A stretch of DNA of 50,187 nt from a virus (taxonomy: Duplodnaviria > Caudoviricetes): positions 1 to 50,187 of IMG/VR virus record IMGVR_UViG_3300018422_000112, one strand, 5' to 3'. Positions within the stretch are counted from its first letter, which is position 1; the number at the start of each line of letters is the position of its first letter. The notes under the pieces are model-generated. The model saw nothing but the letters and a program-made list of their open reading frames with translations. It did no database searches and was not told the origin of the DNA. The translations under genes and the position numbers were made by a program. Shown piece after piece: positions 8,782-16,764 of the stretch.

Positions 8782-9008
8782 CACGCGGCCTCAGGCTCGC
8801 TGGCGGCAACGGCTTCCAGCCTGACGGGCGGGTCCATGCGGCGGCGAATGCGCTTGAGCGCCCAGAGCTTGCTTTCATGCTCTCGAAGGTCGCGCTTGGC
8901 GTCTTCGGAGCGGCGGGAGTAAAAATCCACCGTGCTCTGAATGGTTGCGATATCTTCGTCGAGAGCCGCCTTGGCCTCGTCGAGGGTGGTGATCAGTTCG
9001 TCGCTCAT
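8781..9008 (-). CDS. Small coiled-coil hypothetical protein
   Basis: AGGAG RBS; coupled ORF. Confidence 0.55.
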   Translation of the reverse strand: MSDELITTLDEAKAALDEDIATIQSTVDFYSRRSEDAKRDLREHESKLWALKRIRRRMDPPVRLEAVAASEPEAA

Positions 9009-9018
9009 GGTTGCGCTC

Positions 9019-9198
9019 CTATGAAAAGAGGATCAGTGCAAAGATGAAGAGGAAGGCCAGAAGGCCGCGATAGTCGTGCAGGGCCTGCGCAATGTGACGA
9101 GCGGCTTTGCCTGAGACCGCTTGCGGGCTCAGCCCCGCAGGGGCGCCGGCACGGTTGCCGCGACAGCGGCAATGCGCCAAACTGTTGTTCCTGCTCAC
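9019..9198 (-). CDS. Small membrane peptide with N-terminus encoded by E11
   Basis: GTGA-coupled start; C-terminal LLAFLFIFALILFS. Confidence 0.45.
   Translation of the reverse strand: MSRNNSLAHCRCRGNRAGAPAGLSPQAVSGKAARHIAQALHDYRGLLAFLFIFALILFS
9087..9178 (-). repeat. Structured element E11
   Basis: CCCCTGCGGGG-CTGAGCCCGCAAGCGGTCTCAG; closing stem GCGCA/TGCGC. Confidence 0.8.
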
Positions 9199-9596
9199 TT
9201 ATCCACCCCTTCCGCATCTGACTGGTTAGGGGAGAGAGCGGCGGCAAACTCGCCAACGGCCTGAGCAGATTGGAGCGCCATCTCTTCCTGCTCGGCCCAG
9301 TAGGCATCTTCGTCGGCGCGCTGCTGAGCCTCTTGCTCCGCCTGCCGCATCCAGTATTCTTCTTCCTGCCGAGCCTCTTCACGGCGGCGTTCAGCGGCAC
9401 GTTCCATCGCCCGCTCTTCTTCAAGCCGTTCGGCCTCGCGGCGATATTCGCGCTGATAGGCGTCGTTGGCCTCGTCGCAGTCGTAGGGGTTGCGATAGTC
9501 GTAGCGACCGCCGCCGTAGCGAAGATCGAACTCGGCATCATCCCGCGCTCGGCCTCGCGCCTCCCAATCCGTTGGGCAATTCCAAAGATGGCTCAT
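9195..9596 (-). CDS. Hypothetical Glu/Arg-rich protein
   Basis: Coupled ORF in the early-left operon. Confidence 0.55.
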   Translation of the reverse strand: MSHLWNCPTDWEARGRARDDAEFDLRYGGGRYDYRNPYDCDEANDAYQREYRREAERLEEERAMERAAERRREEARQEEEYWMRQAEQEAQQRADEDAYWAEQEEMALQSAQAVGEFAAALSPNQSDAEGVDK

Positions 9597-9862
9597 TCCC
9601 CATCTCCTTCAGAGAGAGCGGCCTGGATCGCGGCGATGAAGCCAGCTTCGAACATCATCATGTCGCTGGCACGGGCAGCAGCGGCCGCGTCTTGCGCCTC
9701 GTCACCAGCTCGGATCATCGCCTCATTCGGCGCCGGGAGGGCGGTCAGGACTATCCGAACGGCGGCATCGGCATCGCGCTCCGGGTAGCCGTCCTGTTCG
9801 AACAAGTAGCCGATCGTCGACGCGAGCAGCGCTCGACCTGCTTTCTCGATCATCTCAGCCAC
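9593..9862 (-). CDS. Hypothetical phage protein
   Basis: AGGAGG RBS; P-x-EAMI-x-AG motif common in phage early ORFs. Confidence 0.6.
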   Translation of the reverse strand: MAEMIEKAGRALLASTIGYLFEQDGYPERDADAAVRIVLTALPAPNEAMIRAGDEAQDAAAAARASDMMMFEAGFIAAIQAALSEGDGE

Positions 9863-9906
9863 TGGCCGCCCTCCTGTCTTTTCTCACCCCTGTTTGGGAT
9901 TGGATA

Positions 9907-10104
9907 TCAGTCACGTTCGCCTCGCTTGATTGCCTGCATCTCGGCCCATATTTTCGGCGGCCACATGCCCTTGTTCATGGGCGGGCGGGCGCGGGTTTCG
10001 ATGCGCTTCGGCCGGTCGGTGATCGCCGACTGCGCAAAGCTCGCCACTGTCGGCTTCTCGCCATCCGCGACACGATCCAGCCAATCGTTGAAGCCGTCGG
10101 TCAT
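9907..10104 (-). CDS. Hypothetical phage protein
   Basis: ATGA-coupled ORF. Confidence 0.5.
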   Translation of the reverse strand: MTDGFNDWLDRVADGEKPTVASFAQSAITDRPKRIETRARPPMNKGMWPPKIWAEMQAIKRGERD

Positions 10105-10346
10105 GCCGCAATATCCTTGGTGACGGGCTGGAGATGGCGGAGTGCGACTTGCTCAATGCTCTGCCCGCGCATGAGCGCGAACGAGGCGTAGGCGGCGGCG
10201 ATGTTCCGAACCCAAGCGCCCTCGTCGGAAAGGTTGTCGCCCTGCTGTTTGAGGAATGCGACCTCGAGACGGGCGAACGGCATCGCTTCCTGGATGAGGG
10301 CTTCGTAGCGTGCTCGGATGTCTAGGGTGGGATCGGGGGGGGTCAC
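10101..10346 (-). CDS. Hypothetical phage protein
   Basis: GTGA-coupled ORF. Confidence 0.5.
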   Translation of the reverse strand: MTPPDPTLDIRARYEALIQEAMPFARLEVAFLKQQGDNLSDEGAWVRNIAAAYASFALMRGQSIEQVALRHLQPVTKDIAA

Positions 10347-10741
10347 TTGGACTGTCCCGATGGAGGTTGGGCGATGTCCTTCGGACCCGCGCTCTCATGC
10401 TCCGCACCGAGCCGCTCTTCGGCGTCTCGGCCCTCCGGGTTTCGATCGCTATCGCAGGGGAACTCCGGCTCCCTCATTACAAGGCGGCCCTGTAGGGCAG
10501 CGATCTCACGCGCCACGCTGGTGATGCAAAGGGCGCAGAACTCGTGCCATTCTTCGCCGATGAAGATGCAGCCGCAGCGCCCGCACTCCACACCCCCCGG
10601 CTCTCGCGCGGGCCTGTCGCCGTCTGAACATCGAACACCAACGCGCGAGGGATCGAAGCCCGCAGGGCCGAGACCTTCTTGGGTCTCGGCTTGCGAGAGC
10701 CCGGTCGGCTTGCCGACGCGCCCTGAATCAGTCGCCCTCAT
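10343..10741 (-). CDS. Cassette protein with Zn-ribbon cargo (CGRC...CALC) and termini encoded by E4 and E3
   Basis: Shares termini with 4926..5675. Confidence 0.7.
   Translation of the reverse strand: MRATDSGRVGKPTGLSQAETQEGLGPAGFDPSRVGVRCSDGDRPAREPGGVECGRCGCIFIGEEWHEFCALCITSVAREIAALQGRLVMREPEFPCDSDRNPEGRDAEERLGAEHESAGPKDIAQPPSGQSK
10370..10455 (+). repeat. Structured element E3
   Basis: 84/86 identical to E1. Confidence 0.95.
10643..10734 (-). repeat. Structured element E4
   Basis: 90/92 identical to E2. Confidence 0.95.
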
Positions 10742-11004
10742 CTCCCCTGCTCCCTCGCAAGGGCGGCCAGGATCGCGGGCAGGGCGTTCCGCATGACGAC
10801 GATCAGCCTGCGGTTGGCCTCGCGTTCCTTTCGGGACAGTTTGCGATAGCGTTCGTTCTGTTTCGGGTCGTCAGTGTCGGCGATTTTACAGTCGGCCGCC
10901 CAGACATCGTTGCCGCCGTCTATTTTCCACGGGCCTTTCGTCGCCTCGGCATTGAGAGACTCCAGCTTGGCGAGTACATCGGCTATGGATAGAGGGGTGG
11001 TCAT
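10738..11004 (-). CDS. Ead/Ea22-like early protein
   Basis: ATKGPW...ANRRLIVVMRNALPAIL pattern. Confidence 0.6.
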   Translation of the reverse strand: MTTPLSIADVLAKLESLNAEATKGPWKIDGGNDVWAADCKIADTDDPKQNERYRKLSRKEREANRRLIVVMRNALPAILAALAREQGR

Positions 11005-11309
11005 GGGTGGCCTTTCTGCATTTTGCGGATCACGCGGGCGAAGCTGGCCTGTTGCGGGTTGACGACCTGCCCGTTCATGCCCATCCAGGTTAAGCGGCCG
11101 GCCGCCCACAAATCGCCGGGCAAGTCGATGATGCCGTGCTCCAGCACGGTTTCGATCTGCTCCGGATGTGCGGCGAGATACGAGATGATCATGCCGGCCG
11201 TCTCGGCGCCGCCAACGCCGGCCTGCCAGCCAATGGCCTCGGCGATATCGGCAAGCCGTGATACGAAGTCAGCGCGAATGTCGGCCGCACTAAGGCTATC
11301 GGAGGACAT
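11001..11309 (-). CDS. Hypothetical phage protein
   Basis: Coupled ORF. Confidence 0.6.
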   Translation of the reverse strand: MSSDSLSAADIRADFVSRLADIAEAIGWQAGVGGAETAGMIISYLAAHPEQIETVLEHGIIDLPGDLWAAGRLTWMGMNGQVVNPQQASFARVIRKMQKGHP

Positions 11310-11761
11310 CAGGATTGGCCCTCCGCCTTGGCGAGGGCGGCATCGATCCGCGCGCGAAGTTTTTCCAGCACCGCTTGATCGTCGCTAGGTGTGCCCTCCT
11401 GGTCGTCGGACATGACCGCCATGTCGGCGAGGCCCTTGGCTTCTCTCAGCGCTTCGTAAAGATAAGGGGCGGCGGCGATCAGGCGGGCGAAGGCCATGCC
11501 GACAGGATCGGGAGCATTCCAGGCTTGCCCGCGCTTGGCTGTGCCCTTGAACGCGACGACACAGATTTGCCCGCCATCGTCAACGTCATCATTGGCGGAG
11601 ATCTTGCCCTTGAAAGAGACGATCCAGCCGCCGTCGTTCGTGCGATAATAGCCTTCGTGATCCGCCAGCGTTTCGCCTTTCAGCTTGGCAAACTCGTCGA
11701 CGCCTTCCATGCGTTCCAATTTCCACCGCATGTCCGCCCACGCTGTCCTGTTCTCAGTCAT
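11309..11761 (-). CDS. Hypothetical phage protein (ARLIAAAP motif family)
   Basis: ARLIAAAPYLYEAL...AALAKAEG. Confidence 0.65.
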   Translation of the reverse strand: MTENRTAWADMRWKLERMEGVDEFAKLKGETLADHEGYYRTNDGGWIVSFKGKISANDDVDDGGQICVVAFKGTAKRGQAWNAPDPVGMAFARLIAAAPYLYEALREAKGLADMAVMSDDQEGTPSDDQAVLEKLRARIDAALAKAEGQS

Positions 11762-12347
11762 GACTATTCTCCGGGGAAGGGCTGGGCGTCGCGCTGCCTT
11801 CGGCATCGCCGCTCTGGCGGTCCTGCGGACCCGAGCCCGTGCCGGTCTCGGCGCTGCGCGCGCCTGCCGCTGACGCGAGGGCAGCGTCCATATTGCCGAG
11901 CAGCTCGTCGCGGATGCCGTACTGGCCCACAATTTCGCCGGTGTAGAAATCAGGGACGTCCACGCCGCCGAGATCAAACTCACCGAGCGAGGCTATCGCA
12001 GCGCGGGCTTGGGTCAGGGCATCATAAAGACCACCGACAACCGGCCCGACAGCCTCCAGCCAATCGGCTGTAGCATCACAGGTCACGGCGATCTTGCCAG
12101 CGAACAACTCGCGATCCTGGCGATCACGGACAGCATTGGCAGCGCAGCGAAGGTTGTCGGCTTTGCGCGGAAGCTGTGCCAGCGCGCCATGCGGTACCGA
12201 CCCGGAGGGCCGAGACGCTTCTTCAGCGGCTCGGTGCGGAGCATCGGTGACGCGGTCCTGCGAAGCAGGAGGCGCCAAACCCTTCTTCGCGAGAGCCTCG
12301 ACAAGAATATCACCCAGTGTCTCGTCCGGTTGCTGAGAGCGGGACAT
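11754..12347 (-). CDS. Cassette protein with termini encoded by E6 and E5
   Basis: Coupled ORF reading through both elements. Confidence 0.6.
   Translation of the reverse strand: MSRSQQPDETLGDILVEALAKKGLAPPASQDRVTDAPHRAAEEASRPSGSVPHGALAQLPRKADNLRCAANAVRDRQDRELFAGKIAVTCDATADWLEAVGPVVGGLYDALTQARAAIASLGEFDLGGVDVPDFYTGEIVGQYGIRDELLGNMDAALASAAGARSAETGTGSGPQDRQSGDAEGSATPSPSPENSHD
11785..11876 (+). repeat. Structured element E5
   Basis: TGCCTTCGGCA, GTCCTGCGGAC, CCGAGCC..GGTCTCGG, CGCTGCGCG; closing stem GCGTC/GACGC. Confidence 0.88.
12184..12276 (-). repeat. Structured element E6
   Basis: ATGCTCCGCACCGAGCCGCT..GCGTCTCGGCCCTCCGGGT shared with E3; closing stem GCGCC/GGCGC. Confidence 0.9.
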
Positions 12348-12348
12348 G

Positions 12349-12609
12349 TCAGGCTTCCAGGTACGTGCGGACAGCGAGACCAAGCTCGGTCGGTTTCTGG
12401 ACGCAGGCGAGCTTTACGCCGCCGAAGCCGAGCATCATCGGACTGTCGGCCAGTCCCTTGCGCTCAAGAGACTGCCGAGCCCTTGTAAGCGCCGGATCGT
12501 AATTGCCGCGTCCGTCCTCGCGAAGCTGGAGCAGGGCCTTCAACTCGTTCGCGGTCAGCTTGTCGGCGATGGCTTTCACGTCGCGCTGTTCGATGGCTTC
12601 GGTCGTCAT
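12349..12609 (-). CDS. Small wHTH-like protein near the start of the leftward operon
   Basis: LTANELKALL...SLERKGLA...TELG pattern; GGAG RBS. Confidence 0.55.
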   Translation of the reverse strand: MTTEAIEQRDVKAIADKLTANELKALLQLREDGRGNYDPALTRARQSLERKGLADSPMMLGFGGVKLACVQKPTELGLAVRTYLEA

Positions 12610-12646
12610 CTCAAATCTCCGTAATCAATCCTCGACTTCATCCTCG

Positions 12647-12681
12647 CCCTGCCGCGCCGGGGGGCGAATGGCGCGGCAGGG
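12647..12681. other. 12-bp perfect GC hairpin in the pL leader (attenuator or processing site?)
   Basis: CCCTGCCGCGCC / GGCGCGGCAGGG. Confidence 0.5.
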
Positions 12682-12917
12682 TCCGGAACTCAGAAGGGGG
12701 TGGGCTCATTGTCGCGACGCGCGGCAACGCGGCGCAGGGCTTCCGCACAGTTGAGAAAGGCCAAGACCGTATCGGCTCGCGCGCCTTGGGTAGTCTAGGG
12801 AGCCTGGCCGCGGCTGAGGTAAGGGCCTCAGCCAAACCGATGGCCGAGTCCTCCAGCGCGTTGGCGATGTCGATCGGGGTTGGGGTCTGCATATCGGCCT
12901 CCTGTGTGTCAGGAGGT

Positions 12918-12966
12918 ATCACACACTGTGATTTACAATGCAATAGGGAAAATCACAAAAAGTGAT
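12918..12966 (-). promoter_or_regulatory. OL operators and leftward promoter pL
   Basis: ATCACACACTGTGAT (12918-12932) and ATCACAAAAAGTGAT (12952-12966); TTGCAT-17 bp-GATACC on the minus strand. Confidence 0.75.
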
Positions 12967-13036
12967 GTTCCGCGAATCGAGTGTCCCCGGCGGGTCTGTT
13001 GCGCGCTGAAATCTGGGCTTTAGGATCTGGGCCGGC

Positions 13037-13516
13037 CTATGCGGAGGGGCAGGCGTACCTCATCGCAATGTCCCCATAGCTGTTGGGAACCGCGTGCTCG
13101 AGCGAGTTGTCATAGCCGCTGTATCGTTGGCTTGAATGAATTGAGCCGTCTGGAAGATAGCGAGTCGTCGACAACCAGCGTAGCTCGCGCGATCGGCACA
13201 GGAACCGAATCAGATTGATTTCAAATCGCCATTGTACCCTGCGATCTCTGGAGCGGTTGATGCGCATCCACAGTTGCGGCTCGGGTGAGCGATCTCTCAG
13301 TTGCCTCAGGTAGCCCGCATATTCGAGCTCCATGACGTTGCCGCCTTCGCCGGTCGGCAATACGAACCATTCCCCAGCATGTCGCTCAATCTCCGCGTCA
13401 GTCAACGCGGCGATAGTCTCATCCGTGACCATAACGTCAACGGCGGGGGCGGGCGCCTGAGCGAGGCCAGCGACATGGGCTAAGACTAAGACGAGCGCGA
13501 TCGACGCGGCGTACAT
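13037..13516 (-). CDS. Secreted surface-adhesin-E-like protein downstream of cI
   Basis: Signal peptide; C-x-x-R...Y-x-x-DG...P-x-S-x-G...C pattern. Confidence 0.55.
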   Translation of the reverse strand: MYAASIALVLVLAHVAGLAQAPAPAVDVMVTDETIAALTDAEIERHAGEWFVLPTGEGGNVMELEYAGYLRQLRDRSPEPQLWMRINRSRDRRVQWRFEINLIRFLCRSRELRWLSTTRYLPDGSIHSSQRYSGYDNSLEHAVPNSYGDIAMRYACPSA

Positions 13517-13518
13517 GC

Positions 13519-13845
13519 CTAATCATCCGTGCCGGTGCGGACGAGCGCGCGAACAACGTCGGTGAGCTGCCTGCGCTGTCCGGCGTCAGCGTGCATCCAA
13601 ATATCGATGATGTCAGCCGGAAGCTCGTTAGGGTCGTGATCGAGCAAATGCCCTGGCGTAGTTTCCAGAGCAGGAGCTAGTTTTCGCAACCACTTAGCCG
13701 AAAGACCGCGCTCGCCACTCTCTAAGTAGGCGATCATATTCTGGTTGGTGCCGACCTTTTCGGCAAGGTCGCCTTGGGTAAGCTTTCGAAACTCGCGCCA
13801 CGCCTTCAGGTAGTTCGGGCCAGCATTTTTATCGATCGTCGACAT
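13519..13845 (-). CDS. cI: Phage repressor (XRE HTH, no S24 peptidase domain)
   Basis: LTQGDLAEKVGTNQNMIAYLESGER; divergent from the cro-like gene across shared operators. Confidence 0.85.
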   Translation of the reverse strand: MSTIDKNAGPNYLKAWREFRKLTQGDLAEKVGTNQNMIAYLESGERGLSAKWLRKLAPALETTPGHLLDHDPNELPADIIDIWMHADAGQRRQLTDVVRALVRTGTDD

Positions 13846-13854
13846 GGGCCGACT

Positions 13855-13930
13855 ATCGCACTTTGTGAACCCAGCTTCACCGCACAGCCTGTGATATTTT
13901 TCGGTTGCATCCGTCATCACAGTATGTGAT
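13855..13930 (+). promoter_or_regulatory. OR operators (3) and rightward promoter pR
   Basis: ATCGCACTTTGTGAA, CGCACAGCCTGTGAT, ATCACAGTATGTGAT; TTGCAT at 13905-13910 with the same geometry as pL. Confidence 0.75.
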
Positions 13931-13939
13931 TGAGGAAGG

Positions 13940-14188
13940 ATGGAACAGCCCACCCCGAATGCCCTTCGCGAGGCGGCCGGCATCAGCCAATCCTATGCGA
14001 GCATGATCTTGAGCGGGAACCGTATCCCGCCCAGGCCGCTAGCGATTCATATCCTCCGAAAGACCGGCTGGCGACATTCGGTTCTAGGCGGCCTGACTGA
14101 GCAGCAAATCGACTTGCTCGAACAGGTCGAGCCGTGGACGCCGCGCTCCGAACTGTCCGATGCGGGCGCCCAGGACCGCGCCGCGTGA
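13940..14188 (+). CDS. cro: Cro-like HTH regulator
   Basis: LREAAGISQSYASMILSGNRIP; divergent from cI. Confidence 0.8.
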   Translation: MEQPTPNALREAAGISQSYASMILSGNRIPPRPLAIHILRKTGWRHSVLGGLTEQQIDLLEQVEPWTPRSELSDAGAQDRAA

Positions 14189-14199
14189 CCGCCCTCCGC

Positions 14200-14433
14200 T
14201 CACCCTCCCTCGGGATCGCGCCGAAACCGAACCGGATCGCTCTGTCGGGTTTGCCAATCGACAATGGCGCGCATCGCCTTGGCCGAGCCGGCGAGCAGGA
14301 TGTGAGGCGAGCAGTATATCTCGACGATGCCCTCCGCCGTGTAGACCCGAATGCAGGCGATCCCGTCGTCGGGAATTTCGAAGTCCGCCGGCTGCTTGGT
14401 GACGATCGTTCGAATGACTTGGTTGCGCGGCAT
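14200..14433 (-). CDS. Antisense small gene 1 in the early-right operon
   Basis: GAGGAG RBS before MPRNQVIRT; globular composition. Confidence 0.5.
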   Translation of the reverse strand: MPRNQVIRTIVTKQPADFEIPDDGIACIRVYTAEGIVEIYCSPHILLAGSAKAMRAIVDWQTRQSDPVRFRRDPEGG

Positions 14434-14576
14434 ACACGTACTCCTCGCACCGAATCGGTGTCCGAAATGCAGCATATCCGGGGGCTTAGCTTACAGCAAT
14501 GGGAATGCGTGGGAACCGGCAGGTACCGCGCTCGCGCATCCATGCCCGAAGGGGGCCTGATAAGAAAGGCGGCACC

Positions 14577-14792
14577 ATGAACAAGACTGCTGAGCAGGGC
14601 GAGTTGCTCAAAGCGCTGGCGTCGGAGTTGGAGCGCATTGACCGAAATAACGCGGTTCTTCGCCGCGTCCTGCGCCTCACCGCTGAGAGGGTGTGGTCGC
14701 GCAAGCCGATAATGAAAGCAATCGCTTCTTGGTTTGGTCAAGCAGCTCTCGGGATTCCGAGTGTTCAAGTTGGAGATCAAGCCGGTGATTAA
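14577..14792 (+). CDS. Hypothetical phage protein
   Basis: AAAGG RBS; MNKTAEQGELL. Confidence 0.5.
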   Translation: MNKTAEQGELLKALASELERIDRNNAVLRRVLRLTAERVWSRKPIMKAIASWFGQAALGIPSVQVGDQAGD

Positions 14793-14928
14793 GGACATCG
14801 CAAATATGATAGGCCGCTTCTTTCGAAATGTCGCGGGTGACCAACAGCTTCGAGAGAGCGTCATATATGCCAGAAGTAATCGATTCCGTGATGAGGCGCA
14901 TTTCGCCCAGCACATCAAATTGGCCCAT
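14677..14928 (-). CDS. Antisense small gene 2
   Basis: AAGGA RBS; lower GC; helical protein-like sequence. Confidence 0.45.
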   Translation of the reverse strand: MGQFDVLGEMRLITESITSGIYDALSKLLVTRDISKEAAYHICDVLNHRLDLQLEHSESRELLDQTKKRLLSLSACATTPSQR

Positions 14929-15038
14929 TCCCCTATCCTTTGTCTCAGTGCTCCCAAATCACTGAGTACGACCGGAAGGGGAGGAGAGTCCACTTCGATT
15001 AACATCGGGGCGCCCTCCTCCCCGGAAGGGCTGCCGGC

Positions 15039-15404
15039 ATGACCGCCGCCATCCCCTATGCGGCAGCGGGTCTCGCTCTGACGGGATTGTTCGCTCTGGC
15101 CTTCAAGCAATGCGTCGAGTTGGCGGCTGCGGACAGGAGCCGGCAGGCCATCCGCGACGAGATCCAGCGGATGGACGAGAACGGCTGGTTCCCCGAGGAC
15201 TATCCCCGTCTGCTCGCCGAGCTGGAAACGGGTGCGCTCGATCCCCGTACGCTCGACCCTGACATGCTCCGCATCATCCCGATTCGCGCAGCGCGAGCAC
15301 TTGGCAGGCCGCATCCAGATAGTCTGCGAGCTCGTCGCGCTCGATCGCCCGTGCGCGGTCCCGCATCCTTGACGCAACACCAAGGAGGTCCCTCGCATGG
15401 CTAG
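15039..15404 (+). CDS. Hypothetical membrane-anchored protein
   Basis: N-terminal hydrophobic helix. Confidence 0.5.
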   Translation: MTAAIPYAAAGLALTGLFALAFKQCVELAAADRSRQAIRDEIQRMDENGWFPEDYPRLLAELETGALDPRTLDPDMLRIIPIRAARALGRPHPDSLRARRARSPVRGPASLTQHQGGPSHG

Positions 15405-15513
15405 GGTTGCTGGGCGCCGCCGTTCGGGCGAGGATCGCGAAGCCCTTCGCCATGTCCCACACCATGGCATAGGTGTCGGCCGGTGTGGCGCCCGGCCCAT
15501 CGGTAATCGCCAT
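15274..15513 (-). CDS. Antisense small gene 3
   Basis: AGGAGAGGT RBS; TTGACT-16 bp-CATCCT upstream. Confidence 0.5.
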   Translation of the reverse strand: MAITDGPGATPADTYAMVWDMAKGFAILARTAAPSNPSHARDLLGVASRMRDRARAIERDELADYLDAACQVLALRESG

Positions 15514-15755
15514 ATCACCTCTCCTGCTGGTCTCAACAGCGGCAGGATGGCCAAAGGGGCGGGGGAGTCAATCTCCCGCCCCGGAGGTCTGTCGTGACCC
15601 CCCACAAGGAGAGAGGGGCCGCCCGTAGGGAGGTCGACGTCAGGCCGCTCCCGCTCGAGCGCCTCGCCCACGTCGAGCTCGGCGGTCTCCGCTACATCTT
15701 CATCGAAGATGGTATGCGGCGTGCCTTGCTCGGTAGGCAGGGGAGGGCCTGACAG

Positions 15756-15947
15756 ATGCTCGCCGCCGTCCTCCGAGCCCTCAGTCGCTTCCGTTCGAAG
15801 CCTCTCGACTATGACCCTCATAAGATAGCCTATGGGGACTACCCTGTTTTGCCGCGCGGCTTCGCCGAACCGGCTCTCGCCCTGCGGGCCGAGCCCGAAG
15901 GCGGTCTCGTCGCTACGCGCTTCGATCCGGCGCGGGGAGAGGAGTAG
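15756..15947 (+). CDS. Small ORF whose C-terminal half is element E7
   Basis: GGGGAGG RBS; stop abuts the MTase ATG. Confidence 0.45.
   Translation: MLAAVLRALSRFRSKPLDYDPHKIAYGDYPVLPRGFAEPALALRAEPEGGLVATRFDPARGEE
15852..15935 (+). repeat. Structured element E7
   Basis: CCGGCTC/GATCCGG stem, CCCTGCGGG, CCGAGCC..GGTCTCG, CGCTACGCG. Confidence 0.88.
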
Positions 15948-16718
15948 ATGGGCCGCGTCGAGCAAATCGGACGCGCCATGCTCTATCTGGGCGACTGCGG
16001 CAAAATCCTTCCTACACTCGCCGACGGATCGAGCGAAATCGCCTTCACGTCGCCGCCCTACAATCTCGGCGAGGGGATGGAGCGCAAGGGCGGCCTCAGA
16101 GTCGGCCATGCCGGCAGCAAATGGGGCAGCGACAAGCTCCGGAAGGGGTACGGCGCGCACGATGACGCCATGCCGTATCCCGAATATGTCACTTGGCAGC
16201 GGCGGATCACAGCCGAGCTGTACCGCGTCGTCTCGGGCGCCATCTACTACAACCACAAGCCGCGGGTCGTTAAACGCACCCTCCGATCCCCGCTCGACTT
16301 GATCGACGCGCCGGTTAGGCAAGTCATTATCTGGGATCGCGGCTCCGGCTTCAATTGCATGGCCGGCGCCTACATGCCGGTATGCGAATGGATCGTACTT
16401 GCGGCCAAGCCCGACTGGTCCCTTCGCGACAAGTCCGCCAGCGCAGTGGGGGACCTCTGGCGCGTACCGGCCACAGCCGACCCAGACCACCCCGCCTCGT
16501 TCCCCGTGGCGCTTCCGACCCGCGCTCTCCAGACCAGCGGCGCGGCAAGCCTGATCGATCCCTTCATGGGTGTAGGAACCGCCGGCGTGGCCTCCGTGAG
16601 CATGAACCGCTCGTTTGTCGGGATCGAGCTGAACGAAGCCTATTTCGATATCGCCTGCCAGCGGATTGAGGACGCCCAGCGCCAGACGAGCCTCTTTGAA
16701 ACGGGGGTCGCGGCCTAA
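15948..16718 (+). CDS. Orphan DNA methyltransferase, beta class (m4C or m6A)
   Basis: FTSPPYN catalytic motif N-terminal to the DPFMGVGT SAM motif. Confidence 0.92.
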   Translation: MGRVEQIGRAMLYLGDCGKILPTLADGSSEIAFTSPPYNLGEGMERKGGLRVGHAGSKWGSDKLRKGYGAHDDAMPYPEYVTWQRRITAELYRVVSGAIYYNHKPRVVKRTLRSPLDLIDAPVRQVIIWDRGSGFNCMAGAYMPVCEWIVLAAKPDWSLRDKSASAVGDLWRVPATADPDHPASFPVALPTRALQTSGAASLIDPFMGVGTAGVASVSMNRSFVGIELNEAYFDIACQRIEDAQRQTSLFETGVAA

Positions 16719-16764
16719 CCCATGTCCATCTCCGGCCGCCCCATGACTGTGGCACCCAAGTTCC

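Noticed and set aside
4965-12276. Elements as terminators or UNCG-tetraloop RNAs
   Set aside because: No U-tracts; they are translated; loops such as GCTCCGC and GCTTCGC pair only as triloops; both strands are used. An RNA role is disfavoured but not excluded
12765-12785. Possible further element copy (CGAGCCGATACGGTCTTGG, minus strand)
   Set aside because: Only the bulged stem matches; flanking hairpins and closing stem are missing
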